64,000 nt of DNA from the human T2T-CHM13v2.0 reference genome, Homo sapiens (GCF_009914755.1 NC_060937.1), one strand, 5' to 3'; numbered from the stretch's first letter, positions 40,448 to 54,339 are shown. Program-made: numbers and translations. The notes: generated by a model from the letters alone, not told the origin.

Positions 40448-41063
40448 CCAGGTCAGCTTTGTGGGTGTAAGACCAGGGCCCTCGCACAGGGTTCCACTTT
40501 CAGAAGGGAAAGTGACTTAATGCTCCATGCTCACCATCTTGAAGTTATTTGCAGTTTAATGCTCCATGGTCGCCATCTTGAAGTTCTTAAGAATTGTGCC
40601 TGTGAACTTGCATTTTGTCAGTCCATGGGCCAATGGAGCCTCAGTTCCTGCACAGTCCCACCTCCCACCACCGCCCTGCCTCCCTGAGATGGGTTCCTGG
40701 TCCCACTCAACTCCACTTCCCTGTCCTTGCCCCACAGCCAACTTCACCCTCAGCAAGGGCCTTGGCATGGGCCAGGGAGAGCTGAGGTCAAGCATGTACC
40801 CTATAGAAACTTGGGCCATGGCAAGGTGGAAGCGTCCTACCCTGGGCTCACAGTGCCACAGCACAGTCAGCCTTTTAACTACTCAAGCATGAAAAATATC
40901 CTGGAACCAAGGCTGCAGTCTCTTGAGGATCTTCCCCAACCCCCAACCCCTGGTGTGGATTGGGGCAGTGAGCCTGTTTGACAGGGAGACAATTTCCCTG
41001 TCCTGGCTGGGGCCCTGCATTCTCATGTTGCACTGGGCCCTGCAAATTCTGTAGCCTGCTCTG
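40448..41063 (+). mobile_element. hAT-Tip100 DNA transposon (MER91/Zaphod-related) with internal 39-bp tandem duplication
   Basis: MER91-like ends: tcgcacaggg..cagaaggg..ttaatgctc..gtcgccatcttgaa and gggccctgcattctcatgttgcactgggccctgcaaatt.tgtagcc. Confidence 0.7.
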
Positions 41064-41513
41064 CCTAGAATATTAGATTCCCCACCCTTCTGTTTCCTTT
41101 AGATTTCATCCTGACAATTTTAGCTCTTTATTCAAACTGTTAAGATTATTTGGAATTATAATCATGCCATCATGACTGCTACACACATGGCTTTTAAACA
41201 GTTCTCTAAACTACTGATACAAAGGGTAACAGAGCTAAAGATAGAGTTTTGTATGACCACTGGAGGCCACTTGTTGGCTTGTCTTAATTTATGAGCTCTT
41301 TTTTTGTTATCAACTCATTGATCTGACACCCTGCCTCTTATTGCCAGGCTGGCATCTATCCAGCTTGTCCTCAAGGTGGATCATTGCTAAATACTACCTC
41401 CTTCCTCCTCCTTCTGCCACCTTGGCCCACCTCAGCTGGATCCACTTTTACCTCCCATCCCATAAAGTTTGGTTCTACCCCAGTATCTCAGACCAGTAAT
41501 CATTTGAATTCCT

Positions 41514-42067
41514 TGTCAAAGAGAGAACGTTCACCAGACAGTTGTTTAAAAAAAACAAGGCTGGTTTTATTCAGACCACTGCAACAAGGGAGAAAGACTC
41601 CAGCATAAACTGAGGTAACCCTCAGTGAAAGAAAAGGCGGAGGCTTTTTCAATGCTGGGGTGCACCAAGCGAAAAGTCCTGGGGGGTGTTCCAGGGAGAT
41701 TGGGCAGGGTAATTAGGCATCTCCCACAGAGACTAGGAGCAGCAGCCCTCTCCTTCCTGATGATTTCACTGCAAAGGTATGGCTCCCAGGTCCTTGAGAA
41801 AGGCATTCCTGGGTTGCAGAAGATACATCTTAAAGAGACAGAGGAAGAGTTTACAGTCATAAGTTTTCTAAGGTAAATGCTCTAAGAAAAGGGCAGTCAG
41901 GAGCCTGTAGTCAGATTTTGGCTGGAACAAGCAGCAAATGCTTTTGGCATGGTGGAGCTTTCTCAGGCAGGCATTTAAGGAAGTTGGTGTCCTCATCTTA
42001 GGGATGTGGCGTTGAGCTGATAGAAGATGTTCTAGAGTTTGGTCAAGTCTCTTAGTGTGAGTGGTCA
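41514..42067 (-). mobile_element. ERV1 solo LTR (MER67/MER31 family)
   Basis: ttttattcagaccactgcaa..ggctcccaggtccttgagaaaggcattcctgggttg..aaatgctctaagaaaaggg..ggtca. Confidence 0.75.
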
Positions 42068-44204
42068 AACGAGTCATTTGTATCAAGACTTTTACTGTTC
42101 TCATCTTAAGCCACTCTAGTCCCACATTCATGTGACTGAGGATGCAGTGTCCCACCAGCGACCACTGGTCTCCCTGAGTCTCAGCACCCCTGCCCCCCAT
42201 CATGGGGCACCCTTTTGGTGTTCAAGAGCCAAGCCTGACTCCTTTCAACAAAACCCTCAGGAACTGGGACTTTGTGTCAGTCTTTCTCAGGAACTGAAAC
42301 CTTGTCCTTGACCTTTCCTGGAAGCAACAACAGGATGGGCAGAGACACTATTTGCCTAAAGAGCTGTTGCTCTTTAGGGAGAAAGGTTATACCCCTTACT
42401 CCCTGACAGAACCTGCTCTATCAGTGGTGTCCACGCCAGGGATTAACCTGCTAGGGGCAGTGGTTCTGGGGCAATGCCCAGCAATCACTACCATCTTGCC
42501 TTACACAAAGTACTTTGCCCATACCATCTCTTTTGATCCCTCACAAAAGGCCCACAAGGGGAAAATGATGCTCCAGGGATTCAGTCATGCAGGGAATTCA
42601 GGAAGTTAATAATTATATTTTCATTTTGTTTCTAACTTCTGCACCAAGGATAATGAGACTCAGATGGAGGAAACTAATGCCCCAAGTAGATGAGAATGTA
42701 TTCGGAGAGCATTAAGTGTCTTAAAATGAGTATAAGTCTTTAGGCTCCAAAAGTAACTACCAGAAGCATTGAAGAAGTGATCAGAGAGCCACGTTAGTGG
42801 GTTTCTAAATACCCTGGAGAATGGAGGAAATGCCAAAAGGTTAAATATAGCAAATGGTTTCCTGATGGTCATAAAAGGGAGAATTGGTTGTTCATAGCAA
42901 GGCAAGGGCTCCCAATCCGTAAGCTTCCTGTGGATTTCCAGGGAAATTCCCAAACTAGTATTAGGCATACCTTGGTGAGCTCTTAGGAGGACACCACGAC
43001 AGATATAGATGCACATGAAAAAGCGTTTTTTCTACTTTATTGATGATTAAACTAATAGATGAAACTGAACTGAGAAGAGTACCACAGATAACAGAATACG
43101 GATTCAATGGTCTTCTAAACCATCAGAAAGGGGAAAAATATCAGAATTTAATTGAACAGCAATAAATGCACATTTTTTTAGGGGTTGAAACTGTCACCTG
43201 CAAAAGCATTTGATGAAGAAAACCCAGCTTGATGGCAATTTATATTTTAAAATCCAGGTTTAGTTTTAATTCATTGCCTTCATGCTTAATATAAGGCAAC
43301 AACTAAGACAGCCACCAAAGTGTCTAACCCAACTTTATGCCATATTAATTAAAGTTGAAAAAAATAAAATGAAACTAGGTCAGAGCTTCAATATACTAGG
43401 CAAGAGTATGTACTGGAATATTGGGAAATAGGAAAGTCCAGGCTGACTTTCATTAAGAGTAATATTGACAACTTGAAAATATATAGACTGGTGGGTGTTC
43501 TTACAGAAACTGCCCCCTTTTGATATAAGAGGCAGCCTGATTACGGTGAATACAATTTTTTTAATCCTAATTTATGAAGTTTTTTTGGTTGGAATTGGAA
43601 GAAACTTAACTGTAACTTCTCAACAAAAAGTAAAATTGTGTTACTTTATTGGCTCAAGAAACTGGGAATTATGGGGTAAGGAGGTGGAGAATGATTGGCA
43701 GATTTCTGAGGCCAGAGACTTCGTACTTCTGGACCTTCTCTCTCTCTTCCTCCTTTTATTGTGGCTTCTTTGTACCAGTTCAGCATTATTATCTTCTACT
43801 GTGGGTCAACGTTCTCCATGTGCTCCCAGTGGCAGAGTTGGAAGGTGTAAAGGCGGGATGCAAAGGGGGTGGGGTTAGGCAAAGCGGGTGGGGTTTGGCA
43901 AGAAGTCCATTACAATTGGAAGACCACCTAAAAATATGTGGCTGGAATGAGAAAGAAGCAGTTCACCAAAAGAAGGAAAAAGAGGGAATGCTACTTGCAG
44001 AAGATGGATAAAAGGCACTAGGGAAGAAAAAAAAAAAAACATAGACATCTCCCCAACTTCCCAGTGGTAAATGGGTAGATTCTACTACCTTCCACAGATG
44101 TTACAATCAAACTTTATTTAGAGTAAATGTAAAAATATAAACTCATTCAAAAAGGTAACCTTTGCTTTATGCCATAGATTACTAAACAGTTGTTTGCAAC
44201 TGAA

Positions 44205-46010
44205 CTTTTAAATAAATTTTATTGAGATATAATTTACATGTGTTCAGTTTGGTAATGTTCAGTTCAGTGAGTTTTGACAAACTTATACACTTTTGTGACC
44301 ACTGCTAAAACTAAAATATAGAATATTTCCATCTCTACAAAAAGTACCTAATGCCAATTTGCAATCAGTCCAACAATTCCGTGCTCCCTTGATCCCAACC
44401 CCAGGCAAACATTAATCTGCTTTTTGAGAGATTTCTAGATCAGATTGGTCATTTCTAGAATTTCATGTATATGAAATTATACAGTGTGTACTCTTTGGTT
44501 TTTGCTTCTTGGACTCAGCAAAACCTTTTGAGATTCATCTGTTATTATATAGAAATTCAATTTCTATGTAATATTCTATTATGTGGATATATCAGAATTG
44601 GTTATGCATTCACCAGCTGATGGGCATTGGGGTGTTTCCAACAAAGCTGCTGTCTACATTTGTTGTGGGTTGAATTGTGTCCCCCAAAAAGACAGGATGA
44701 AGTCCTAACCCCTGGTACCTGTGAATGCCACAGATAGGCACAGACAGAAATAGGGTCTTTGAAGATGTAATTGAATTAAGATGAAGTCATCAGGATGGGC
44801 CCTAATCCTATATGACTGTATCCTTATAAGAAGAGAAGAGACACAGACACAGGGGCCTGCATGGAGAATGCCATGAGATGATGAGGCAGAGCTGGGAATA
44901 ACGCATCTACAAGTCAAAGGGCACCAAGGGTTGCCACGAACACCAGAAGCTAAGAGAGAGCCAGGGAACAGATTCTCCCCTAAGCCTTCAGAGAGAGCAT
45001 GGCCCTGCCCACACCTTGGTTTTGGACTTCTTTCTCAATTACTGTGAGAAAATATGTTTCTCTGCTGTTTAAAGCCACTCAGTTTATCGTAATTTGAGTT
45101 TGTTACAGCAACCCAGGAAATAAGCCAGCATTCAAGTACCCATCTTTGTGTGAATATATTTTTATTTCTTTTGCATAAACACCCAGAAGTGGGATTGCTA
45201 GGGGTTGTGTGGTATGTTTAATTTTACAATAAATGCCTAATCTGTTTTCCAAAGTGCAGTAAATTTTACATTTCAGCTACCAATGTAAAGAGTTACAGTT
45301 GCTTCATATCCTTACCAACACTTAGTATTTTCAGTCATCTTAATTTCCCATTATGGCTTGAATTTGCATTTCTCTGATGGCTATTGATGTTGGGCATCTT
45401 TCCATGAGCTTATTGGCCATTGGTGTATCTTCTTGATGAAGTATCTCTTCAAGTATTTTGCCCATATTCTAGGGTGCAATGTTTTTACTACATATATGCT
45501 TTGCATGTATTTTCTCCCAGTCTGTGGCTTGCTTTCCATTATCTTAATGATGCTTTTTGAAAAGCAGAAGTTTCTGTTTCCATAAAGTCCATTTTTTTCT
45601 TTTTTTTCACTTTATGGTTTTGCTTTTTGTGTCCTATGAAATCTTTGCCTACCCAAGGTCACAATGATCTTATCCAATTTTCATTTCTACAAGTTTTATC
45701 ATTTTAGCTTTTACATTTAGGTCTATGTTTCATTTTGAGTTAATTTGGCGTTTGTCATGCTAGGTAAATGTCAAAGTTCTTTTCCTGGTGGAATCTAGTT
45801 GTTGGAATGAGTTAACTTCACAACTTTGTCAAAACTCAAGTAGCCATATGTGTGGGGGTCTATTTTTGGATTCTGTATCTGTTCCATTGATCTATATTTG
45901 TCTCCTTACCCCAATACCACACTATCTGAATACTTCAACTTTATAGTAAGTCTTAGAATCATGTTGTGCAAGACTTCCAATTTTATTCCTTTTCAAAATT
46001 GCATTGAGAT
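44205..46010 (-). mobile_element. L1MB/L1MC 3' region interrupted by an MLT1 LTR
   Basis: taattttattgagatataatttaca..gagttttgacaa..ccagaagtgggattgcta..tttgcatttctctgatggcta..gttccattgatctata. Confidence 0.85.
44661..45130 (+). mobile_element. MaLR LTR (MLT1B/C-like)
   Basis: tgttgtgggttgaattgtgtcccccaaaa..gtcctaacccctggtacctgtgaatg..gaaatagggtctttg..tttgttacagca. Confidence 0.9.
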
Positions 46011-47884
46011 TTATCTGTTTGTTTGCTTATGTCTTTATCTTGAAATAGGTAATAAATGCACGCAAAGAGGTTTTCAGTAAGAAATAAGTCTTTCTGCCAT
46101 TCCTGGCACCTCGGCTCCCAGTTCTCCTCCCCAGAAGAGGCCACTTACAAAAGTTTCTTATTGTTTTCTTTTTCAGAGATTATAATTAAATTTTCAAAAA
46201 CAGAGTCAGACTTTAAATTTACTATTTAAAGTCATGTTATTTATAGGCACTTTTAAAAGGGAAAACATAATGGCCTAATTTTATTTTCCATATCAATCCA
46301 AATTGCCAGTAAGTGTACTTGCCTCTGAGGCCAGTGAATATTGGAAAGATTCAGCCTTTCCTAATGATACACTTAATTTCATCCCCAAGAAAAGAGGAGC
46401 AGGGACGTTTGTGTGAATCACCCAGTCACCTTAATTCTGCTAGAGTTATTTAAAAATGCTGCTTATTTTTAGTTTAATTGCAGCATAATCATATAACATC
46501 AACTAATCAGAGCTTGGTGACACTAACAAATTGATCTTCAGTACAATCCCAGAAGCCTAGCTAAGAATCATCTGAGTATGTGACTCAGAGGTCACTCACC
46601 TCAAAGATCAAGATATTCCAAAGCTACAAATGCATGGATAGAATTCCATTTAACAAACACTTATCAGTTATCACATGAGTATAAAATCTTACACTAGGCA
46701 ATGTAAGGGAATACAGAGACAGATCAAAGCCTACTGATCCCCTCTAGGAATTTATAATCTAGAAGGAAGGCAGGTACATACATGCAAACATATCTGGTAC
46801 AATTAAAAGTTCTAGTACTGAGGTTTTCATAGGAAGGGAGGCACATTCTGGAAACTAGATGATGATACCAAGCAAACACTTGTTGGAGTCAAACTGCTCA
46901 GAAATTCTCATTTCAGGAAGATGTCTATGCAGTGTATGGTTCTCCAGACTTGTATTTCACTCTTACTACAAGGAATTATTTTATCTCTAAACTAGGTCAG
47001 TGGTTTTTCGGAATATAGGTACATAGAAAAAGAAGATAGTGTTAGAAACTGGGAATCTGTCTTTGTTAATTCCTAAGTTTGTCCTGTTGATCACATTTAA
47101 TGACTATCCTGTGTATACTAAAGAAAAGTAACAGAGTTCTCCTCCCACTGGTGAAATAAAAAATGGATTTGGTGACTTGTTTTCTTTGGAGGGAGAGAGA
47201 TAAGCAATGACTATTGCCAAGCCTAAGAAAGTAGGGAGGGGAAAAGAAGAGATAGTCCTACTGGAGCAAGACTGAGAGAGATTCCTGGCTTCCTCTGAGA
47301 CTTGGCGTTTCCTCTAGATTCTTCAGAAACCATGAAGGCTGAACACAAAAAGAACTGTATCTCAGAACTCACATGCCTGATTCAGAAAAGAAATAACATA
47401 TTGTTGATTGTGGGTAAAATATGCAGGTTTGTGAACCTTAATGGCCCAGAATTTCTTGTTGTTTGTGTGTACAACTAACACTCGATGATTAATATGTGTA
47501 GTATAAGGTATTTTTCATTAAAACTTCCTATAACTTAGGAGAAAAGGTGCTTCTCCTATGATAAAGGTACTCTTGGGGACCCTGAGAGAGAAGATTATGC
47601 TTTACTAAACAAGCTGTGCTGAGGAAGTTCACAAGAAAGTATTCAATTAAAGTGCTACATTTGTGTGTATCTTGGTGTCATCATTAATTACTGAATAATG
47701 TATTAAGTACTCCACAAGGATCACAAAGGTCAGAGCTTACAAACTCTAAAGGTTGATTTACAATTTTATTTATATGCTCATTGATTAAATAAATAAAAAA
47801 CTAGTGCCTTGCCAGGGTCACACAAATTTAAAGTAGAAGTCAAAAACCCTCCTGCTCTTACCATTGATTTGCTATTTTATTTAC

Positions 47885-48387
47885 ATGAGTTAAGAATGCA
47901 TTCAGCTGCAAGTAACAGAAAACCCAACTAATAGGAGCTGAAACAAGTAGAGATTTATTTTTTTCATGTATCAAAGCAGTCCAAAGACTAGTTGCAAATA
48001 ATGTTGGTATACCTGTTCAATAAAACCATCAAGGACCTAGGCTCTTCCTATCTTTTCCTTCCACCATCTCTAATATCCTTAGCATGTCTTTGTAATTGTC
48101 ACTGATTCATCACAAAATGGCTGTAGAGGATCCAGTCATCTTATCTACATATAAGACAGGAAAAAGAAGGAAAAGCTGGCACCATCTCAACTGTCCCCTT
48201 TATCAAGGAAAGCAAAAGGTTTCCCAAAAGCCAGCAGGACTACGATCAACATTGGCTAGAAATGGGCTATGTGGCCACCCTAGCTGTGAAGGCAGCTGGG
48301 AAAGTGAATAACTGGCTCATTTGCCATTGCTGGAGAAAGAAGGTTGAGAATGGCTGTGAAGTTAGCCACTTAGTGGTTGCCACCACA
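47885..48387 (-). mobile_element. Old MaLR LTR (MLT1J/K-like)
   Basis: gcattcagctgcaagtaacagaaaaccc..caaaatggctg..attggctagaa..ggccaccctagctg. Confidence 0.75.
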
Positions 48388-49239
48388 GTATATAATCAAA
48401 CCATTACACTTCCTTAAGCGCCAATTTTCACACCAAAAAGCAGTGTCAAAAGGCACGTGATTATAACTAAATCAAAATAAGGAGAAGTGCACAGATGCCT
48501 GAATATATAACGAACTGGACTGGTTAGCATCTCTAGCTTCATTGGAAATTTAGCCCTTTCTGCCTGTAAAAGATAACCTGGGGTAAGTCAGAGCACCAGG
48601 GGGCCTTGTTTGCTTTGCAGCTGGAAATCAAAAGCTTGGAATAATAGAGTAGCTGCACCGAGGGGTGAGCTTCCTCTCATCATCACACCACCCATCTCAC
48701 TTCAAAGCCTCATTTATTGGGCGGTAAGCCTTTGAAGCCTTTTGATCCAAAACTGAAGCATCTCCCAGCAAGTCCCTGATTTTCATGTGCTCAAAAGTAC
48801 AACACATTAGCATGTATTCGGCACTGGGAGGACAGTGATCTTTTGGGTTTGCAAACTTCTGTGGCTGGTAGTTGTAGTGTGTTTTTCATGTTGTCATTGT
48901 CATTGTTTAATCCAGTATTTTGGGAAACCACTAAAAAGGGCACCAAGTGCAATGAGATTCTTTTCCCACTGTTCTGCATTTCCTGGGATCTTCACTCTAA
49001 CAATAAAACAGGAATGCTGGGATAAGACAACAATGAGTATAACTGTAAAAGATAAGTTGTCTGTATACCTTGGTTTTTTTTTAAATCAAGAATGATAACC
49101 ACAATTATTTGGGGATGCAGGTATATGTTAAAGACTACTGAGAAAAACATAACGCAGACAAGACAGACTCAGTGGCGCAACAGACACAATGACAGTAGGA
49201 GAACACAGTCCATTGAATAGTATTAAAACCTGGAATTTT

Positions 49240-49265
49240 GATAGATAGATAGATAGATAGATAGG

Positions 49266-49318
<53 letters not shown>
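49240..49318. repeat. (GATA)6 GGTA (GATA)12 STR
   Basis: Counted directly. Confidence 0.97.
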
Positions 49319-49455
49319 GAAGGAAGGAAGGAAGGAGAAGGGAAGGGAAGGGAAGAGGGAGGGAGGGAAGGAAGGAGAGAGGGAGAAAGAGAAAAAGGAG
49401 AAAAGGGGAAAATAGAAGAAATAAACAAAACAGCAAGAAAGAAAGGCAAAAAAGA
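49319..49455. repeat. GA-rich polypurine tract (GGAA/GGGA)
   Basis: Directly visible. Confidence 0.9.
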
Positions 49456-50172
49456 ATCTGAACTTGTACTTTGTTTTGAAAAGAAGATAGAAACAAATAG
49501 CAAATGCAGTTATTTGGTCTTAGAAAACTCAACCTTAAAAATCCGAAAACGAATATGATTTGTTCCCCTATTTCCATTCCCTTCTGGCCTGAGTAATACA
49601 ACCTGGACACAAGGGGATTGTGAATTACTGAGATAGTCTTCTTTAACATCTTCCCTTAACAATCTGACTACCCTGAGGATGGCTGTAAGTGCAGAAAAGA
49701 GGTGACCATTTTTTTAAAACTCAGTGTGGTTCATATTGACTTACCACAACAAAGACAAACACTACAACAAGAAAAATTATTATTTTAACTCCCATTCAAA
49801 TTTCCTTTTAGCTTACATTGAGACTACAATTTGTATTAAAATTACTACTGAATGAAAATATTGGTACATCCAGGTGAGTGGTTATTTCTAAAGTAAGATC
49901 TCTGATATTTAGTTATACATGACATTGCAAGTGCATTATTCACCGATTGTTCTAATGAGTATAAGAAAAGAAGAAATGTGATAATTAATAAACTTAACTG
50001 CAGAATTTCAGCTAAGATCATAAGACCAGAAATACGAACTTGCTACCATCAGTCTTTCTTGTCAGGAGCATTACATTCTGTTTAGTTTTTCATGCACCAG
50101 AGTTGTTATGTTAATAACTGTATGATGGTGGAGTGGAAAGAACACAAACTCAGTGTCAGAAAGACCAACGGG

Positions 50173-50501
<329 letters not shown>

Positions 50502-50940
50502 CTATCTGTGACCATGGATCAATTATTTAACCTCCTGTGCCTCAGTATCCTCATTTGAAAAATGGAAATGCTAACATCATACCACAAAGGATAATTGTAT
50601 TTAATGAAGTGACATACAATGTATAGGATACCTGGCACACAGAAGGTACTCAAATCAATGACAGCTGTGTTTCCTGCCCATGATGGACAACAGGACTCAT
50701 CTGCCCTAGAAAGATCTGGTTTATCAAGAGGGCTGTTTGTGGCAATTCTGGAGTTGTGCAATGCATTATCTGCATGTCCTTAAGCGGTAGCCCTCTGCTT
50801 TAATCAGTTCTTCAACAGAGGCAATGCACTCTTTTTTCAGACTATTGGCCAGGGTTAGAAATGCTAGTATTGCAACTAAGCTAATGAATAGGGACACAAA
50901 GGGAGTCAGATATGGGTCTCGTTAACACCATACTATAAGC

Positions 50941-51147
50941 CAGGGGTCAGAAAACAGCCCTCTAGCCAAAATTATTTTTGTAAATAAAGTTTTATTGGAA
51001 CACAGTCACATTGATTCATTTACATAGTGTCTATGGCTTCTTTCACACTACAACAGCAGATTTGACTAGTTGTGGCAGAGACCATATGGCCCACAAGCCT
51101 AAAATACTTACTATCTGTCTCTTTGCAGAAAAAGTTTGCTGAGCTTC
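50941..51147. mobile_element. MER58A (hAT-Charlie)
   Basis: caggggtcag..tttttgtaaataaagttttattggaacacag..gagaccatatggcccacaagcctaaaata..agaaaaagtttgc. Confidence 0.9.
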
Positions 51148-51219
51148 TCTCTAAGAACCCAAACTACAACTATATTCATAGATTCAGTTCATCAGTGGGT
51201 CACATTTTACAGCCTATCA

Positions 51220-52020
51220 TTATAGTAAGCTTGGTGTTGTTTACAAATAAAATGGACAGCAGCCCCTGACAAGAGGTTCATGGTCTTATAAGAAGACTTG
51301 AGGACATGAAAGCAAGCAAGGACTTGTATTAAATTATAAAGTACCCAATTATATAATGGAGGCTACAAATGATACAAGAATCCCAGGATGGGAGAATTCA
51401 AGATATGCTGGAGTCTCAAGAGAATCCTTTCCAGAAGAACTGGGAGAGGAAGCAAACTTTTCAGGAGGATACATGCAACATATATGGAAAGGAAGCAAAG
51501 GTTTCCAGGCAAGAGAGGAGGCAGAGGAAAGCCACAAAAGCAAGAAAAAGTATGATGACCAGCAAATAAATGAGCCCTAATACAGGACGTCAGGAGAGGC
51601 TGTACAGGCAGGGGGAGGAGAGTGGTAAAAATGAGGGTGTACAATCTGACTGGGGGAAACTGGAAAGATCTGGGTCTAGAGAGATTGGACTTGACTCTAG
51701 GCAGGAGAGAGCCATGATCGCTCCCTGTGCAGTACATCCACAGTGTGATTAAAGTCATTTGGGAAGAAAAGAGATTAGAGATAAGAACCCCAATCAGAGT
51801 TTTTTGCATTAATTCAAGTGTAATATGATGACATGATTATTTGAGTAGAAGTAGGGGAAAGAGACAGATCTGAGAGACTTAGTAAGCCAAAACTTGGTGA
51901 CTGGTCTATATGACATGTAATGGACTGGAAAAAGTCTCAAGGATGATTCCAGAATTTCCTGATGGGAAGCCTGGTAGCATGGTGGTACCATCAACAGAAA
52001 GGGGAGCCAATTAAGAAGAA
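51220..52020 (-). mobile_element. L2
   Basis: aagtctcaaggatgattccagaatttc..tggtggtaccatcaacagaaagggg. Confidence 0.6.
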
Positions 52021-52049
52021 AATATCTATACTCCCCTTTTTGGCCCCTC

Positions 52050-52225
52050 CTTTTTATTGTGGTACAAGATATATAACATAAACTTTACCATCTTAGCCAT
52101 TTTTAAGTGTGCAGTTCAGTAGCGTTAAGTATATTCACATTGTTGTGAAACCGATCCCCAGAACTTTTTCATCTTGCAAATCTGAAACTCTATTAACAAC
52201 AACCCTCCCTTTCTCCCTCACCTCA
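52050..52225 (-). mobile_element. L1MA/MB 3' end
   Basis: tttttattgtggta..aacataaactttaccatcttagccatttttaagtgtgcagttcagtagcgttaagtatattcacattgttgtg. Confidence 0.85.
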
Positions 52226-52999
52226 GCATTTATGCTCCTTTTAAATAGACTCAATATTGCAGAATTTCAAGTAATCAGAAATGATGAGTTTGGACCTCGA
52301 ATCTTATATTTATGAGATTTGCAGGCTGAAGCACATCACATGCTACATTCATTCATTCATTCAACAAATGTTAATTGAGTACCTGCTAGTAGATGATAAT
52401 TGGGGTATGCTCTGGAGATAATAAGATGAATAGCATATGACTCCTGCTTTTAAGGCAGACAATAATAAATTTGGTAAAGAAGTTCCCACTAGTAGTGGAG
52501 ACAGAATTGAAAAAAATAATCCCAGCTAGGTGGTATAAAGACTAAATCAGAAATGGGTTCAAGGCACAGTGGTCAAACAACCAATGATCATCAAACAATC
52601 CTAACTTAACTGGTGTCAGATGATGTTGTAATTATAAATGGTAAGAATGCAGGAGAAGAGAGTAAATTTCTTAATATTGGAAGTATGGAAACAAGAGATC
52701 TCCTAAGCAAGGAGAATATTACTAGGGTCAGAATGAATAATAGGTAAAAATATTTAAAACTGACATAAAAAAGACAAGTAACATTTGAGAAAACGCAACC
52801 CATATCTCAAAGATCATAAAATTGTTTACCTTTGTATATTCATTTAACATTTAATTCTTTCCCAATTTAAAGTTAGTGACTTTCCTCCTAATGCTACAAA
52901 TTGTTAATTACAGGGAGCAAATTCACTTTAGAATAATTAGCTTTAGACAATTTGGGTGAAGTACACTTTTTTCCATAGAATAGGGATATTTAGACAGCA

Positions 53000-54205
53000 T
53001 TTCATCACCGTACAACCCGTTACAGCTCATCTAGTTCCCTAGAAAGCATGTAGAAGGTGTTTTGGAAATTTGTTTGTGTAGGTATTTTTCTATGTTTCAT
53101 TGATGCAAGGGGCTCTACTACCCTTTAATGTGGGAGGGCCGGAAATGCTAGCCATCCTGCAATGTGCAGGGTAGCCCCACACCACAGAGAATTGTGCTAC
53201 CTCCAGCATGACTTTCTAACATGCTACACATTCGTGTAGGTGAAAAACCTCTTTGTGATTAACTTAGCCTACAGCCTAACTTCATTCTATATATAAATGC
53301 ACTTTTTTGCACTATTTTAGTAAATACTGAATTTTCTAGGAATGCAAGTACACTGAAAATCCAAAGACAATTGTGATGTCTTGCTTGAAACTTTACCAAT
53401 AGTTGTCTACCATTTTGGACATTCATTTAGAAAACTGCGTTACCAGCAGCATTGCCTCTCGTGGTATATGAGAATAACCAATACGAAAACGTCTTTAACA
53501 GTCTGCACTTTCAGCTGTTTGTTCCAAGTTATTCCATTTTAATTTACAAATATTTTTATGTCACCCTTATTCCAAATGACAAATTTAAAGAAAAAGTATA
53601 AACATAGCTTAGTCTTACTGCTCTGAAAACCAAAGTTATTCATTATAAGCATGTGCAAGTATCTGACCACTTTATTATGAGAAGTGGAGGTAACAGTGAG
53701 CTGAGATCACGCCACAGCACTCCAGCCTGGGTGACAGAGCAAGATCCTGTCTCAAAAAGAAAAAAAAGACCAACCAATCCAGGATCCCCCATGTCCTATC
53801 TGTGACCATGGATCAATTATTTAACCTCCTGTGCCTCATTGTTTACGGAATGAGTGACGAGTATTGAAGGTGACTCTTAAAGAGCCCGGCTCATAGAAGG
53901 AGCTCAGTAAAACAATCTTTACCAATTTCTCAATATTGAAAGTACGGAAACAAGAGATCTCCTAAGCAAGGAGAATATTACTAGGGTCAGAATGAATAAT
54001 AGGTAAAAATATTTAAAATTGACATAAAAAACACAAGTAACATTTGAGAAAACACAGTACCTTTGTATAGGCACGCCTTTACCTATGGAATACAGGCAAT
54101 TTTATTATAAATTACTTTCCATTTATTTCTTACTGATTTACAGATTTATATTATATTGATTTTGAAATTTTATGTTTGTTAAATTAGTTATGAATTTCAT
54201 TTCAC
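53000..54205. mobile_element. MER20B-like hAT-Charlie element interrupted by a non-native insert at 53678-~54069
   Basis: catcctgcaatgtgcagggtagcccc..gaattg..tgtaggtgaaaaacct..ctgaattttctaggaatgcaa..atctgaccactttattatg [insert] .. Confidence 0.7.
53678..54069. repeat. Composite local duplication: copy of 50381-50544 (+), inverted copy of 54281-54360, copy of 52665-52797 (+), possibly 52827-52838
   Basis: Aligned by eye, ~90-95% identity per segment. Confidence 0.93.
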
Positions 54206-54339
54206 ATGAAAAACTTGAGGCCTGGAGAGGTGATAGGTCTTACCCAAGTTAGCTAGCTATTTAGTGGAAAAATCAGAGAGAAGATTGTTTTACTGAGCTC
54301 GTCCCATGAGCCGGGCTCTTTAGGAGACACCTTCAATAC

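Noticed and set aside
43864-43898. Potential G-quadruplex (also ~25134-25164)
   Set aside because: Common motif with one long loop and no supporting context.
49128-49649. 173-aa and 122-aa hydrophobic ORFs (YLSI repeats)
   Set aside because: Translations of the GATA STR and the purine tract.
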